Below, in pieces: positions 1 to 10,763 of a DNA stretch of 64,000 bases (its first letter is position 1; the number at the start of each line of letters is the position of its first letter). The stretch is from Candidatus Nitrospinota bacterium M3_3B_026 (lineage in GTDB: Bacteria; Nitrospinota_A; UBA7883; JBPRGF01): NCBI GenBank assembly GCA_051418015.1, contig JBPRGF010000033.1, positions 320,001 through 384,000 on the forward strand, in the 5' to 3' direction. Position numbers and translations under genes: made by a program. The notes under the pieces were generated by a model. The model made no database searches. It saw only the letters and a list, made by a program, of their open reading frames with translations, and was not told the DNA's origin.

Positions 1-1878
1 TCGGCTTCCGAGGTGGGCCCGGCGCTTTTCTTCTGCCTGCTCATAATAACCCTGTCTTTCGTCCCCGTTTTCGCCCTGGAGGCGCAGGAGGGCAGGCTCT
101 TCAAGCCCCTGGCCTTCACAAAAACCTTCGCCATGGCCGCCGCGGCGTTCCTCTCTATCACGCTGGTACCCGTCCTGATGCTTTACTTCGTCCGGGGGAA
201 AATAACCCCGGAAGGGAAAAACCCGGTCAACCTGCTGATCCAGGCGATTGCCCGTCCGCTGGTCTCCCTCGCGTTGCGGTTCAAGGTGGCGACCCTGGTG
301 CTCGTGGCCGTGGCGTGTCTTTTCACCCTTGGCCCCATATCGAGGATCGGCGGTGAGTTCATGCCGCCGATGGACGAGGGCGACATACTCTACATGCCCA
401 CGACGCTGCCGGGGATATCCATAACCAAAGCAAAGGAGATACTCCAGCAGACGGACAAGATCTTGACGAAGTTCCCCGAGGTGGAGCGAGTCTTCGGCAA
501 GATCGGCCGGGCCGAGACCGCCACGGACCCCGCCCCCCTGAGCATGATCGAGACGATCGTCAAGCTCAAGCCGCGGGAGAAGTGGCGGCCGGGGGTGACC
601 ATGGAGTCGCTGATGAACGAGATGGACGCGGCCATAAAGTTTCCCGGCCTGACCAACGCCTGGACCATGCCGATAAAGACCAGGATCGACATGCTCTCCA
701 CCGGGATCAAGACCCCCGTCGGGGTGAAGGTGGCCGGCCCCGACCTCAACGTCATAAACGACGTGGCCAGCGAGATAGAAGCCGCGTTGCGCGTCCTGCC
801 GGGCACGCGCAGCGTCTACGCGGAAAGGGTGGTGGGGGGCAATTTCCTGGACTTCGAGATCGACCGCCGCAAGGCCGCCCGCTACGGCCTCAACACGGGA
901 GACGTCCAGGACATCATTAAAAGCGCCATCGGCGGCATGAACGTGACCCATACCGTGGAGGGGCTGGAGCGCTACCCAGTGAACGTGCGCTACGGCCGGG
1001 AGCTGCGCGACAACATCGAGAAGCTCAAAAGGGTGCTCATCCCCACGCCCACGGGCCAGCAGATACCCATAAGCCAGGTGGCGGATATAAAAATCAGGAA
1101 AGGCGCCGCCGTCATCAAGACCGAGAATTCCAGGCCGAACGGCTGGATCTATGTTGACATACAGGACATAGACGTCTCAACGTATGTAAAGAACGCAAAG
1201 GAGACGGTCCGCAACTCGGTGGATATACCCCCAGGCTACTCCGTCGCATGGAGCGGGCAGTACGAGTATATGCAAAGGGCTAAAAAGAGGCTGGCGCTGG
1301 TGGTTCCCGTGACGCTGGGGGTCATCTTCGTCCTGCTGTTCATGAACTTCAAGAACGCCACCGAGAGCCTGCTGGTCATGCTTACCGTCCCCCTCTCCGC
1401 CGTGGGGGGGCTGTTTTTGATCGACTGGCTGGGCTACAACATGAGCGTGGCCGTGGGGATAGGCTTCATAGCCCTTGCCGGGGTGGCCGCGGAGATCGGC
1501 GTTCTCATCCTGCTTTACATAGACCACGCCGTGGAGAAGCGAAAAAACGAAGGACGGTGGGAAACCGTGGCGGACGTTCGCGCCGCTGTCCTCGAGGGCG
1601 TGTCGGAGCGGGCCAGGCCGATCATGATGACCGTCTTCGCCATAGTCGGCGGCCTCGCCCCGATCATGTACGGCGAGGGTACCGGCGCGGACGTCATGAA
1701 ACGCATCGCCGCGCCGATGGTCGGGGGAATGGTGAGCGTGACCATCTTTTCCATGGTCGCCCTGCCCGCGCTCTACTGCCTGATACTTGAGACCCGGACG
1801 CGCTGGGAAATTTTCAACAACGAACGCCGCGCGGAGGCCGAGACGGCCGGAGCGGGGGAGGGCGGTCTTGGAAAATAG
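1..1878 (+). CDS. cusA: CusA/CzcA family heavy-metal efflux RND permease (5' end outside window)
   Basis: Open from base 1; typical CusA segments [34 protein letters not shown]; multiple TM helices; copper ATPase follows. Confidence 0.93.
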   Translation, partial: SASEVGPALFFCLLIITLSFVPVFALEAQEGRLFKPLAFTKTFAMAAAAFLSITLVPVLMLYFVRGKITPEGKNPVNLLIQAIARPLVSLALRFKVATLVLVAVACLFTLGPISRIGGEFMPPMDEGDILYMPTTLPGISITKAKEILQQTDKILTKFPEVERVFGKIGRAETATDPAPLSMIETIVKLKPREKWRPGVTMESLMNEMDAAIKFPGLTNAWTMPIKTRIDMLSTGIKTPVGVKVAGPDLNVINDVASEIEAALRVLPGTRSVYAERVVGGNFLDFEIDRRKAARYGLNTGDVQDIIKSAIGGMNVTHTVEGLERYPVNVRYGRELRDNIEKLKRVLIPTPTGQQIPISQVADIKIRKGAAVIKTENSRPNGWIYVDIQDIDVSTYVKNAKETVRNSVDIPPGYSVAWSGQYEYMQRAKKRLALVVPVTLGVIFVLLFMNFKNATESLLVMLTVPLSAVGGLFLIDWLGYNMSVAVGIGFIALAGVAAEIGVLILLYIDHAVEKRKNEGRWETVADVRAAVLEGVSERARPIMMTVFAIVGGLAPIMYGEGTGADVMKRIAAPMVGGMVSVTIFSMVALPALYCLILETRTRWEIFNNERRAEAETAGAGEGGLGK

Positions 1879-4198
1879 CGAACACCAGACAGACGAGGAC
1901 AGAAAATTCACAGACCCTGTTTGCGGGATGACCGTCTCCGCGAAAGAGAGCGCGGGCGAGGTCGAACATGGCGGCGTCACGTACCATTTCTGCAGCCGCG
2001 CCTGCCTCGACAAGTTTTCGGCAAACCCGAAAAGATTCCTGGGGAAGGAGGAGGCCGCCGAGGAGCCGCCGCCGGACGGAGCTGTCGAGTACACCTGCCC
2101 CATGCACCCGGAGGTCAGGTCGGACAAGCCCGGCTCATGCCCCAAGTGCGGCATGGCGCTCGAGCCCGTCGAGGTCTCGGTGGAGGAGGAGGAAAACCCC
2201 GAGCTTGTGGACATGACCCGCAGGTTCTGGGTGAGTCTTGTCCTCAGCGCCCCGCTCGTCGTGATCGCCATGTCGGAGATGATCCCCGGCGAGCCGGTGA
2301 AAAAGCTTCTCGAGGGCTTCCCCGTCGCTTGGATACAGCTGCTCCTCGCCACGCCGGTGGTGTTGTGGGGCGGCAAGCCATTTTTCGAGCGGGGATACCT
2401 TTCACTGGTCCACCGCTCCCTGAACATGTTCACCCTGATTGCCATGGGCGTTGGGGTGGCGTATTCCTACAGCCTCGTCGCGGCGTTGTTTCCTGATATC
2501 TTCCCGCCCTCCTTCCGGGACGAGAGCGGCGCCGTTGGAGTCTACTTCGAGGCGGCGGCGGTGATAACGACCCTCGTGCTGCTGGGGCAGGTCCTTGAGC
2601 TGAAAGCGCGGAGCAGGACCAGCGGCGCCATAAAAGCCCTCCTCGGGATGGCGCCGAAGACGGCCCGGATCGTCCGGGAGGACGGCTCCGAGGAGGACGT
2701 TCCCATAGAGACGATAAAGATCGGCGACAAGATCCGCGTCCGGCCCGGCGAGAAGGTCCCCGTGGACGGCGTTGTCGTCGATGGGGCCAGCTCCGTGGAC
2801 GAGTCGATGATAACAGGCGAGCCCATTCCCGTGGAGAAAACGAAAGGGAACCAGGTCACCGGAGCCACGGTCAACGGCGGCGGGAGCTTCATCATGCGCG
2901 CCGAGAGGGTGGGGGGCGAGACGCTGCTCGCCCAGATCGTGAAGATGGTCAGCGAGGCGCAGAGAAGCCGCGCCCCCATCCAGAGGCTGGCCGACACGGT
3001 GTCGGCCTACTTCATCCCGGCGGTGATTGGGACGGCGGCGGTGACGTTCGTTGTGTGGGGCCTCGTGGGGCCGGAGCCGAGGATGGCCCACGCGCTGGTC
3101 AACGCCGTGGCTGTGCTCATCATCGCGTGCCCCTGCGCCCTTGGGCTGGCTACCCCCATGTCGATCATGGTCGGCGTGGGACGGGGGGCCACGGAGGGGG
3201 TGCTCATAAAAAACGCCGAGGCGCTGGAGACGATGGAGAAGGTCGATACATTGGTGGTGGACAAGACGGGGACCCTCACCGAGGGCAGGCCGCGCCTCAA
3301 GACGGCTCTGGCCGCGCCGGGCTGGGAAGAGAAAGATATCCTGAGCTTGGCGGCGAGTCTGGAGAGAGGCAGCGAGCATCCCCTCGCCGAGGCGATCGTG
3401 GAGGGGGCTAAGGAGAGGGGCGCGCCGCTTTCGGACGTGAAGGATTTCGCCTCCCTCACCGGCAAGGGTGTCCGCGGGGCCGTGGACGGCCGCTCCGTGG
3501 CGCTGGGGAACGACAGGATGCTGGAGGAGCTCGGGGTCCGTCCGGGGGATTTGTTGAAAGAGGCTGGCAGGCTCCGGGAGGACGGGCAGACTGTCGTCTA
3601 CCTCGTCGTGGACGGACAGGCGACCGGGTTGCTGGGCGTTGCCGACCCGGTCAAGGAGACGACGGTGGAAGCGATACGGCAGATTCAGGGCGAGAAGATC
3701 AGGATAGTCGTTCTCACCGGCGACAACGAGACGACCGCCCACGCCGTGGCCCGCCGTCTTGGCCTTTCCGAGGTCATAGCCGGTGTCCTGCCCGATCAGA
3801 AGGCGGACCACGTGGCGCGGCTGAAGGACGAGGGGCGAATCGTGGCGATGGCGGGCGACGGCGTGAACGACGCTCCGGCGCTTGCCGCCGCCCATGTCGG
3901 GGTCGCCATGGGCGCGGGGGCGGACGTGGCCATGGAGAGCGCCGGGATAACGCTGGTGAAAGGCGACCTGCGGGGCATAGCGAAGGCCGTGGCGTTGAGC
4001 CGCGCCACGATGCGCAACATCCGGCAGAACCTTTTTTTCGCTTTCATATACAACTCGCTCGGTGTGCCCGTGGCGGCGGGCGTCCTGTATCCGTTCTTCG
4101 GGCTGCTGCTCAGCCCCGTGATAGCCAGCGCCGCCATGAGCTTCAGCTCCGTGTCGGTGATAGGAAACGCGCTCAGGCTGCGCGGCGCGCGGCTTTGA
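1868..4198 (+). CDS. copA: Cu(I)-translocating P1B-type ATPase with N-terminal YHS and CPMH metal-binding domains
   Basis: DPVCGM..YHFCS, YTCPMHP..CPKCGM, TGEP, CPC, DKTGT, GDGVND, YN and MSFSS motifs; TTG start at 1868 after GGGGAG. Confidence 0.93.
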   Translation: MENSEHQTDEDRKFTDPVCGMTVSAKESAGEVEHGGVTYHFCSRACLDKFSANPKRFLGKEEAAEEPPPDGAVEYTCPMHPEVRSDKPGSCPKCGMALEPVEVSVEEEENPELVDMTRRFWVSLVLSAPLVVIAMSEMIPGEPVKKLLEGFPVAWIQLLLATPVVLWGGKPFFERGYLSLVHRSLNMFTLIAMGVGVAYSYSLVAALFPDIFPPSFRDESGAVGVYFEAAAVITTLVLLGQVLELKARSRTSGAIKALLGMAPKTARIVREDGSEEDVPIETIKIGDKIRVRPGEKVPVDGVVVDGASSVDESMITGEPIPVEKTKGNQVTGATVNGGGSFIMRAERVGGETLLAQIVKMVSEAQRSRAPIQRLADTVSAYFIPAVIGTAAVTFVVWGLVGPEPRMAHALVNAVAVLIIACPCALGLATPMSIMVGVGRGATEGVLIKNAEALETMEKVDTLVVDKTGTLTEGRPRLKTALAAPGWEEKDILSLAASLERGSEHPLAEAIVEGAKERGAPLSDVKDFASLTGKGVRGAVDGRSVALGNDRMLEELGVRPGDLLKEAGRLREDGQTVVYLVVDGQATGLLGVADPVKETTVEAIRQIQGEKIRIVVLTGDNETTAHAVARRLGLSEVIAGVLPDQKADHVARLKDEGRIVAMAGDGVNDAPALAAAHVGVAMGAGADVAMESAGITLVKGDLRGIAKAVALSRATMRNIRQNLFFAFIYNSLGVPVAAGVLYPFFGLLLSPVIASAAMSFSSVSVIGNALRLRGARL

Positions 4199-4234
4199 CG
4201 CTGATGGACGTTAACAAAAAGAGGAGGTTTGAAG

Positions 4235-4393
4235 ATGGCTAAGGATCCGGTTTGTGGAATGAACGTGGAAGAGGCCGAGGCCAAAGGGAAAAGCGAGCAC
4301 GAAGGGAAGACCTATCACTTCTGCTCGTCTGTGTGCAAGGAGAGGTTCGACAAGGAGCCTGAAAGGTACGCCGGGAAAGGAGGCGAAAAATGA
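4235..4393 (+). CDS. Stand-alone YHS-domain protein (52 aa), absent from the ORF track
   Basis: GAGGAGG RBS then ATG; MAKDPVCGMNVEEAEAKGKSEHEGKTYHFCSSVCKERFDKEPERYAGKGGEK; TGA overlaps next ATG (ATGA). Confidence 0.88.
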   Translation: MAKDPVCGMNVEEAEAKGKSEHEGKTYHFCSSVCKERFDKEPERYAGKGGEK

Positions 4394-4713
4394 ACACCAG
4401 GATCTTTGTGGCGGCCGCGCTGGCGCTGGCCCTTTTCGCCTCCCCCGCCGCCTCATCCCAGAAGATGGGCGGAGGGATGAAAGGCGGCGCCGGGATGGGA
4501 ATGGGCATGGAGATGGGGATGGGCCAGCATGAGGAGATGGGGGAGATGATGCGCCAGATGCGCCAGATGATGGACGAGATGGGCGGGATGACCAAGGACA
4601 AGGAGTCGCGCCGGAAACTGGGGGAGATGAAGGAGCTCATGGAAGAGATGATGGAAAGGCATGACTCCATGATGGAACAGCGCCGCGAGATGATGAAGGA
4701 GCGCATGAAGTAA
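4390..4713 (+). CDS. Secreted methionine-rich small protein, putative periplasmic Cu/Ag binder
   Basis: GGAGG RBS; Sec-type signal peptide; 25 Met in 107 aa; coupled to YHS gene in copper cluster. Confidence 0.7.
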   Translation: MNTRIFVAAALALALFASPAASSQKMGGGMKGGAGMGMGMEMGMGQHEEMGEMMRQMRQMMDEMGGMTKDKESRRKLGEMKELMEEMMERHDSMMEQRREMMKERMK

Positions 4714-4853
4714 CGCGCGCAAGTGTGTGAGGGGGGCGGCGGTCCAGCCCCGGCTTTCCCCGAGCCCCGGAGCATCTCTTCAGGCAACCCGCCGCCTCCT
4801 TCTTAAAAAACCCTTGCGGAACCCGCCGCGGATGGGACAAACTTGATGTCGAG

Positions 4854-6245
4854 ATGAAAGTCCTGTTCGTATACACCGACATCGACGTCAAGGGAGGCGC
4901 GCGCAGCTACCATTTCGGCGTGGCCGTCCTCTCCGCGACGTTGAAGCTGGCGGGCCACGAGACCGAGCTGCATTACATGTTCGACAAGTGGGACCCGGAT
5001 GGCTTCGAGGATCACGTGACGCGCTTCGCCCCGGATATCATAGCCTATACCACCGACTCTTCCCAAGTCCGCCACGTGGCGAAGCTCGTGGAGAGGATGA
5101 GGGGCCGGGGGATTTTCCAGATCGCGGGCGGCGTGCATCCTTCCCTTTATCCCAGGACGCTGGAGATGATCGACGGTCTCGACGCCATATGCGTCGGCGA
5201 GGGCGAGCGGGCCTTTTCGAGGCTTGTCGACGCCATGGAGAAGGGGGAGCCGCGCCACGACATCCCAAGCCTCTGGTTTAAACAGGACGGCCGCGTCATA
5301 ACGAACCCGCGCGGCGGGTTCGTGGACGACCTGGACTCCATCCCCTTCGGTGACCGGGAGATATTCAACTACCAGCAGGTGGTGGACTCCGACTACGACC
5401 GCGCCACCTTCATGATGTCCCGCGGCTGCCCTTACAAGTGCAGCTACTGCGGCGCTCCCGCGATGGGGGAGCTGAGCGACGGCAAATACGTCCGCTTCAG
5501 AAGCGTGGAGAACGGCATCGCGGAGATAAAGGAGGTCATCTCGCGCTACGATGTCAAACACATCTTCTTCGTGGACGACGTTTTCACCATAGACAGAAAA
5601 TACGTAAAGAAGTTCTGCGAGATGTACTCGAAGGAGATCGGCCTGCCGTTCGAGGTCACCACGCGGGTGGAAAGCTCGAATTACGAGACTTTCAAGAACC
5701 TCGCCGACGCTGGCTGCACGCGGGTGGCCATGGGGATAGAATCCGGCAGCGAAGAATTCCGCCGGAAGACTCTGAACCGGAAGATGACGAACAAGAAGAT
5801 CCTCGAGGCCTTCCGGGACGCGAAGAGGGCCGGGCTGAAGACGAAGTCCTACAACATCGTCGGCTTCCCCCACGAGACGGAAGAGCTTCACATGGAGACG
5901 GTGGAGCTGAACAGGAGGATAGAGCCGGACAGCCTGGTCTGTTACATATTCAACCCGTACCCCGGCACCTATCTTTACGACCTTTCGATCAAGGCCGGGT
6001 TCCTGCCGGCCGATTTCCTGGAGCAGGAGTTCATCTCCCGGACGGACACCCCTCTTGTCATGCCGGACTTTCCCCGCGAGAGGATACTGGACTGCTACAG
6101 AAACTTCGCCTACAACGTCTACAAGGAAAAGTCCAGAACCAAGGCGCTAATGTACAAGGCCTACTACTCCCGCCACGGCGAGAAGCTTATCAGGGTCTTC
6201 GACCATCTCAAGAAGCCGATCAGGAAACTGGCGATGGGCTCCTAG
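4854..6245 (+). CDS. B12-binding-domain radical SAM protein
   Basis: GGVHPS cobalamin-domain motif, SRGCPYKCSYC, FVDDVF, GIESGS. Confidence 0.88.
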   Translation: MKVLFVYTDIDVKGGARSYHFGVAVLSATLKLAGHETELHYMFDKWDPDGFEDHVTRFAPDIIAYTTDSSQVRHVAKLVERMRGRGIFQIAGGVHPSLYPRTLEMIDGLDAICVGEGERAFSRLVDAMEKGEPRHDIPSLWFKQDGRVITNPRGGFVDDLDSIPFGDREIFNYQQVVDSDYDRATFMMSRGCPYKCSYCGAPAMGELSDGKYVRFRSVENGIAEIKEVISRYDVKHIFFVDDVFTIDRKYVKKFCEMYSKEIGLPFEVTTRVESSNYETFKNLADAGCTRVAMGIESGSEEFRRKTLNRKMTNKKILEAFRDAKRAGLKTKSYNIVGFPHETEELHMETVELNRRIEPDSLVCYIFNPYPGTYLYDLSIKAGFLPADFLEQEFISRTDTPLVMPDFPRERILDCYRNFAYNVYKEKSRTKALMYKAYYSRHGEKLIRVFDHLKKPIRKLAMGS

Positions 6246-6308
6246 GACGGCGCTTTGCCCTGACTCCCCCGTGATGGACGAAAATATCCGCCATAGCTGG
6301 AGCGGCGA

Positions 6309-7235
6309 ATGATCGCTGCGATCATCCCCTGGGTTCTGTTCACCCTCTTCGTCATAGCCGCGCTTTTCGTGGACCTTGTCTACTTCCACCGGGAAGACAA
6401 GGAGGTCTCGATAAAGAACTCGCTTTTCTTTACCGCCGTCTGGATAGCCGCGGCCCTGGTCTTTTGCGCCGGGATATACTTCGTTCGCGGCGGCGAGCCA
6501 GCGCTCCAGTTCCTCACCGGCTACCTGATAGAAAAATCACTGAGCGTGGACAACCTTTTCGTGTTCGTCCTGATATTCACCCATTTCGGCGTGCCGCCGA
6601 TCTTCCAGCACAAGGTGCTTTTCTGGGGGATTCTGGGGGCCATAGTCATGCGCCTGGTCTTCATCTTCGGCGGCATCGCGCTCATCAACACGTTCCACTG
6701 GGTGATATACGTCTTCGGGGCGTTCCTCGTCTTCACCGGCGGCAAGCTGGCCATGAGCAAGGCCGTGAAGATGGACCCCGAGAAGAGCATTGTCCTGAAG
6801 CTGTTCAGAAAGGTCATGCCGTTGGACCACAGCTTCCACGGCGGCTCGTTTTTCGTAAAGCATGGGGGAAGGACCTACGCCACTTCCCTTTTCGTGGCGC
6901 TTATTTTAATCGAGACCTCAGACGTGATCTTCGCTTTAGACTCCATCCCCGCCATCCTGGCCATAACGCTGGATCCGTTCATTGTCTACACGTCGAACAT
7001 ATTCGCCATACTGGGGCTGCGGTCGCTTTTCTTCGCGCTGGCGGGGGTGATGAAGATGTTCCGGTATTTACATTACGGGCTGTCGGTCATCCTCATCTTC
7101 CTTGGCGTCAAGATGCTGCTGTCCGATTTCTACCACATTCCGGCGACGCATTCGCTGATGTTCATCGCCGCCGTCCTGACCACGTTCGGTGTGGTGTCGG
7201 TGATGGCCCCTTCCAGGTCGAAGGAGAGGCGATAG
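6309..7235 (+). CDS. TerC/Alx family membrane protein
   Basis: GYLIEKSLSVDNLFVF and DVIFALDSIPA signatures. Confidence 0.92.
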   Translation: MIAAIIPWVLFTLFVIAALFVDLVYFHREDKEVSIKNSLFFTAVWIAAALVFCAGIYFVRGGEPALQFLTGYLIEKSLSVDNLFVFVLIFTHFGVPPIFQHKVLFWGILGAIVMRLVFIFGGIALINTFHWVIYVFGAFLVFTGGKLAMSKAVKMDPEKSIVLKLFRKVMPLDHSFHGGSFFVKHGGRTYATSLFVALILIETSDVIFALDSIPAILAITLDPFIVYTSNIFAILGLRSLFFALAGVMKMFRYLHYGLSVILIFLGVKMLLSDFYHIPATHSLMFIAAVLTTFGVVSVMAPSRSKERR

Positions 7236-7250
7236 GGGCAGGGGGCTCCT

Positions 7251-7958
7251 TCAGGCGCTGGCCGGTTTGCCCTTGTGGCCGTGCGCTCCCAGCAGAGGCA
7301 CGAACGAGCAGCTCTCCTTCCTCGCGATCAGGAACCTGTTGCCCTCCCTGCGGACGAGAAGCATCTTCTGGTCCGCCCCGCGGCCCGTGGGGATCACCAT
7401 CCGCCCCCCGTCGGCAAGCTGCCGGGCCAGCGGCTCGGGGATGGAAGGCGCCCCGGCGGTGACGATTATGACATCGTAAGGGGCGTTCTTCACCGCGCCA
7501 CGCGTCCCGTCCCCCACGAGGCAGACGACGTTGCTCACGTGAATGCTGTTGAGAATCTTCCTTGCGCGGTTGGAAAGGGAGTTTATCCGTTCGACGGTGT
7601 AGACCCGCTCGGCAAGCCGGGAGAGGATGGCCGTCTGGTACCCGGAGCCTGTGCCTATCTCCAGGACTTTTTCGCTTCCCGATAACGCCGCGAGCTGGGT
7701 CATCAGCGCCACGGTGTAAGGCTTGCTTATGGTCTGGCCGTCGCCTATCGGCGCGGCGTAGTCGTCGTAGGCCCTGCCTGCGAGGGCGGGGTCCACGAAA
7801 AGATGGCGGGGTATGCGCGACATGGCGCCGAGAACCTTTTCGTCACTTATTCCCCGGGCGGCGAGGGCCTCCACCATCCTGCGTCTTTTCGTCTCGTATG
7901 TGTCGAAGCCGTTGTGCTTTGTCATCCTCGCTTGTGCTGTTTGCAGGGTTTCAGACAA
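7251..7958 (-). CDS. pcm: Protein-L-isoaspartate O-methyltransferase (start uncertain: 7958 TTG or 7925 ATG)
   Basis: PRHLFV, GQTISKPY, VLEIGTGSGY, APYDVIIVTAG. Confidence 0.92.
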   Translation of the reverse strand: MSETLQTAQARMTKHNGFDTYETKRRRMVEALAARGISDEKVLGAMSRIPRHLFVDPALAGRAYDDYAAPIGDGQTISKPYTVALMTQLAALSGSEKVLEIGTGSGYQTAILSRLAERVYTVERINSLSNRARKILNSIHVSNVVCLVGDGTRGAVKNAPYDVIIVTAGAPSIPEPLARQLADGGRMVIPTGRGADQKMLLVRREGNRFLIARKESCSFVPLLGAHGHKGKPASA

Positions 7959-8002
7959 TTCTGGCTGGTCTGCGCGGTCTTTACAACACCAATTTCCAAG
8001 GC

Positions 8003-8011
8003 TGGTAAAAT
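8003..8011 (+). promoter_or_regulatory. Extended -10 promoter, probably leaderless
   Basis: TGgTAAAAT, then 6 nt, then ATG 8018. Confidence 0.55.
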
Positions 8012-8017
8012 AGGCGC

Positions 8018-8629
8018 ATGACTGAAAAACTTTCAGGAAAACTCGCGGGTGGTCTCATCGGCAAGTTCCGGGAAAACGCCGCCCAGACGGAGGATGAGAT
8101 ACTGCGGAAAAACTGGCGCTCCATCGCCTGCATGACGTGCGGCGCCTGTTGCTGCTCGGACGTGATCCCCATAATGTGGGACGATTTCGAGAGGTTCCAC
8201 AAGAGGCTGGGGGAGGCGATAGGCGAAAGGGAGTTCGCGGCGCTTTTCCTGAAAGACCCCGACACTGCCGCCCCAGCCCATTCAATAGAGGTATCGCGCT
8301 ACGGCGGCAGGTGTATGTTCCTTTCCAAGGGCGCTTTTTTTGAATGCGCCGTATGGGAGAAAAGGCCGAGGGTCTGCGCGGGGTTCTACTGCCTGGAGAT
8401 GACGAACTTCGAGAAATGGGAAAAGGGAGAGGAGCAGGACTCCTTCGATAAAAGCGCGGAGTGGGGCGAAAGCTTCGCGAGTCTGCTGTACAAGGTTGTC
8501 GCGGAGTCGCCCTTGAGCTTTTTCGCCTCCGACATGGCGCGCTACCTGCGGCTGTCAGGAAGGGAGGACGCTCCTAGCTTCTACGAGACCGCGCGGGAGC
8601 TTTTCGAAAAAGGGGAGGGCGCGGCGTAG
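8018..8629 (+). CDS. YkgJ-family cysteine cluster (Zn/Fe-S) protein
   Basis: CMTCGACCC ... CMFL ... CAVWEKRPRVC..FYC pattern. Confidence 0.75.
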   Translation: MTEKLSGKLAGGLIGKFRENAAQTEDEILRKNWRSIACMTCGACCCSDVIPIMWDDFERFHKRLGEAIGEREFAALFLKDPDTAAPAHSIEVSRYGGRCMFLSKGAFFECAVWEKRPRVCAGFYCLEMTNFEKWEKGEEQDSFDKSAEWGESFASLLYKVVAESPLSFFASDMARYLRLSGREDAPSFYETARELFEKGEGAA

Positions 8630-8642
8630 GATTTCACCGCTG

Positions 8643-8671
8643 TCGACATTGGGCGTGAAAATTCTCATAAT
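8643..8671 (+). promoter_or_regulatory. Sigma70-type promoter of mtaB, probably leaderless
   Basis: TCGACA-17-CATAAT, 6 nt before ATG 8678; no SD. Confidence 0.55.
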
Positions 8672-8677
8672 AGACCG

Positions 8678-9952
8678 ATGAAGCGCAAGGTATCTATCGA
8701 GACTCTGGGGTGCCGTTACAACAGGCTGGAGAGCGCCGAGATGGCCTACGAGCTTGAGCGGGCGGGTTTTGCGCCTGCTGAACGGGGGGAGCGGGCGGAC
8801 ATTGTGGTGGTGAACACCTGCACCGTCACGGCGAAAAGCGACGCCAAGTGCAGGAACGCCATCCGCCGGGCCAGGGCCGAAAACCCGGAGGCCACCCTCG
8901 TCGTCACTGGCTGCTACTCGGAGACAGCCCCCAACGCCGTCGCCGCCATCGGCGGTGTCGATATCGTGCTTGGCTCGGGGAAAAAGCTGGACATAGCGGC
9001 CGCGCTGGACGGGCTGGACAAGGCCGGCCCGTCCGCGCCACGAGACCTGGAGATACGCCCCGTGACGCGGATGGAGGGGCGCACCAACGCCTATCTCAAA
9101 GTGCAGGCGGGCTGCGGGGAGGTCTGCTCCTTCTGCGTGATAAGGCTTGCAAGGGGCGAAAGCCGCAGCGCGAGGACGGACAACATCGTTGAGCAGGTAA
9201 GACGGCTTTCCGGCGCGGGGGTGAAGGAGGTAGTGCTCACCGGCATAAACCTGGGCGAATACGGAAAAAACCGCGGCGAGACTCTTGCCGGCCTGGTGGA
9301 GGGGATACTTTTAGAGACGGACATGCCGAGAATCCGTTTCTCCAGCATAAACCCGACGGATATAGACGACAGGCTGATAGGGCTGATAGCCGAGTCGCCA
9401 AGGGTTCTCAGGAGCCTTCACATCCCCCTCCAAAGCGGATCGGACTCCGTCCTGCGGCGGATGCGCAGGCCCTACGATGGCGCCATGTACGAGGAGCTTC
9501 TGGGCAGGATAGCCACCCGCGTTCCGGAGATCGGCCTGGCCGCGGATGTCCTTGTCGGCTTCCCCGGCGAGACGGACGAGGAGTTTTCGGAGACCTTCGA
9601 GCTTGTCCGGCGCTCTCCGCTGGCGGCCCTGCACGTCTTCACCTATTCGCCGCGAAAAGGGACCGAGGCTTACGGAATGGGCGACACCGTGCCGAAGGCC
9701 GTGAAAAAGCAACGGTCGCTTGCCCTGAAGGCGCTGGCGCGGGAGAAGGGCGCCGCTGTCCGCCGGGGCATGGTTGGCGGTGTGTATGACGTACTGGTGG
9801 AGAACAGCCGCGGCGCCGACGGTCTCCTGAAAGGTTTTACGGACAACTACCATCCCGTCCGCCTTCCAGGGCCGGACGGATTGATGAACGAGATAGTGTC
9901 CGTGAGGATCACCGGCTCCGCTGGCGATCACCTGGCAGGCGAGGCCGCCTGA
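8678..9952 (+). CDS. mtaB: tRNA t6A37 methylthiotransferase MtaB
   Basis: TLGCRYN, NTCTVT, TGCY, CGEVCSFC..RLARG, C-terminal TRAM-like region. Confidence 0.88.
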   Translation: MKRKVSIETLGCRYNRLESAEMAYELERAGFAPAERGERADIVVVNTCTVTAKSDAKCRNAIRRARAENPEATLVVTGCYSETAPNAVAAIGGVDIVLGSGKKLDIAAALDGLDKAGPSAPRDLEIRPVTRMEGRTNAYLKVQAGCGEVCSFCVIRLARGESRSARTDNIVEQVRRLSGAGVKEVVLTGINLGEYGKNRGETLAGLVEGILLETDMPRIRFSSINPTDIDDRLIGLIAESPRVLRSLHIPLQSGSDSVLRRMRRPYDGAMYEELLGRIATRVPEIGLAADVLVGFPGETDEEFSETFELVRRSPLAALHVFTYSPRKGTEAYGMGDTVPKAVKKQRSLALKALAREKGAAVRRGMVGGVYDVLVENSRGADGLLKGFTDNYHPVRLPGPDGLMNEIVSVRITGSAGDHLAGEAA

Positions 9953-9962
9953 GCCTGCGAAG

Positions 9963-10763
9963 ATGCCTATCGTCACCTTCACAACCGATTTCGGGACGTC
10001 GGACCCTTTCGTGGGGATAATGAAGGGCGTGGCCCTCGGCGTGGAGCCCTCCATGACCTGCGTGGACATCACCCACGAGATATCGCCCCAGAACATACGG
10101 CAGGCGGCCTACGTCATCTCATCGGCGGTCGCTTTTTTCCCGAAGGGCTCCATTCATCTGGCCGTGGTGGACCCTGGCGTCGGCTCGGAGCGCAGGCCGA
10201 TCGTCTTCGAGGCGGGGGGGCATTACTTCACCGGACCGGACAACGGGATTTTCACCGAGATAATCAAAAGGCTCCATCCCGCCGCCGTGTACGAGATAAT
10301 AAACCCCGATTACATGCTCTCCCCCGTCTCCGGCACTTTCCACGGACGGGACATCTTCGCCCCCGCGGCAGGATGGCTGGCCCGCGGCGCGCCGCCTTCG
10401 TCTTTCGGGCCGATAACCCCGGAGCCGGTGATCCTCGACCTGCCGGAGCCGGTGAGGTCGGCTCCGAACATGATAGAAGGCGAAGTGATCCACGTGGACC
10501 ACTTCGGCAACGCCATAACGAATATTACCCGAACGCTGGTTGAGAAAATCCAGAAAGAGCTGGACACGACGACCATGGAGATACAGGTCAACGGACAGGT
10601 CGTGGAAAGCCTGGCCGCGTGCTACAGCGCTGCCGAAAGAGAAAGGGGGCTGTCGGCGGTTTTCGGAAGTTGGGACACCATCGAGCTTTTTGTCATGAAC
10701 CAGAACGCGGCGCATATCTACAACATCTCCGTCGGCGACAGTGTGGAAACGCGTTTTTACTAG
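9963..10763 (+). CDS. SAM hydroxide adenosyltransferase (DUF62; halogenase superfamily)
   Basis: TTDFG, VVDPGVGSERR, GPDNG, TFHGRD, DHFGN. Confidence 0.88.
   Translation: MPIVTFTTDFGTSDPFVGIMKGVALGVEPSMTCVDITHEISPQNIRQAAYVISSAVAFFPKGSIHLAVVDPGVGSERRPIVFEAGGHYFTGPDNGIFTEIIKRLHPAAVYEIINPDYMLSPVSGTFHGRDIFAPAAGWLARGAPPSSFGPITPEPVILDLPEPVRSAPNMIEGEVIHVDHFGNAITNITRTLVEKIQKELDTTTMEIQVNGQVVESLAACYSAAERERGLSAVFGSWDTIELFVMNQNAAHIYNISVGDSVETRFY

Noticed and set aside
4714..4853. Cobalamin riboswitch before the B12 radical SAM gene
   Set aside because: GC pairing is possible but no B12-box motifs are seen
6246..6308. yybP-ykoY riboswitch before TerC
   Set aside because: Only 63 bp of intergenic space and no recognisable motif
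9963..10763. Fluorinase/chlorinase
   Set aside because: Has the Asp-Arg-His hydrolase triad (DPG, ERR, TFHGRD) and a housekeeping context
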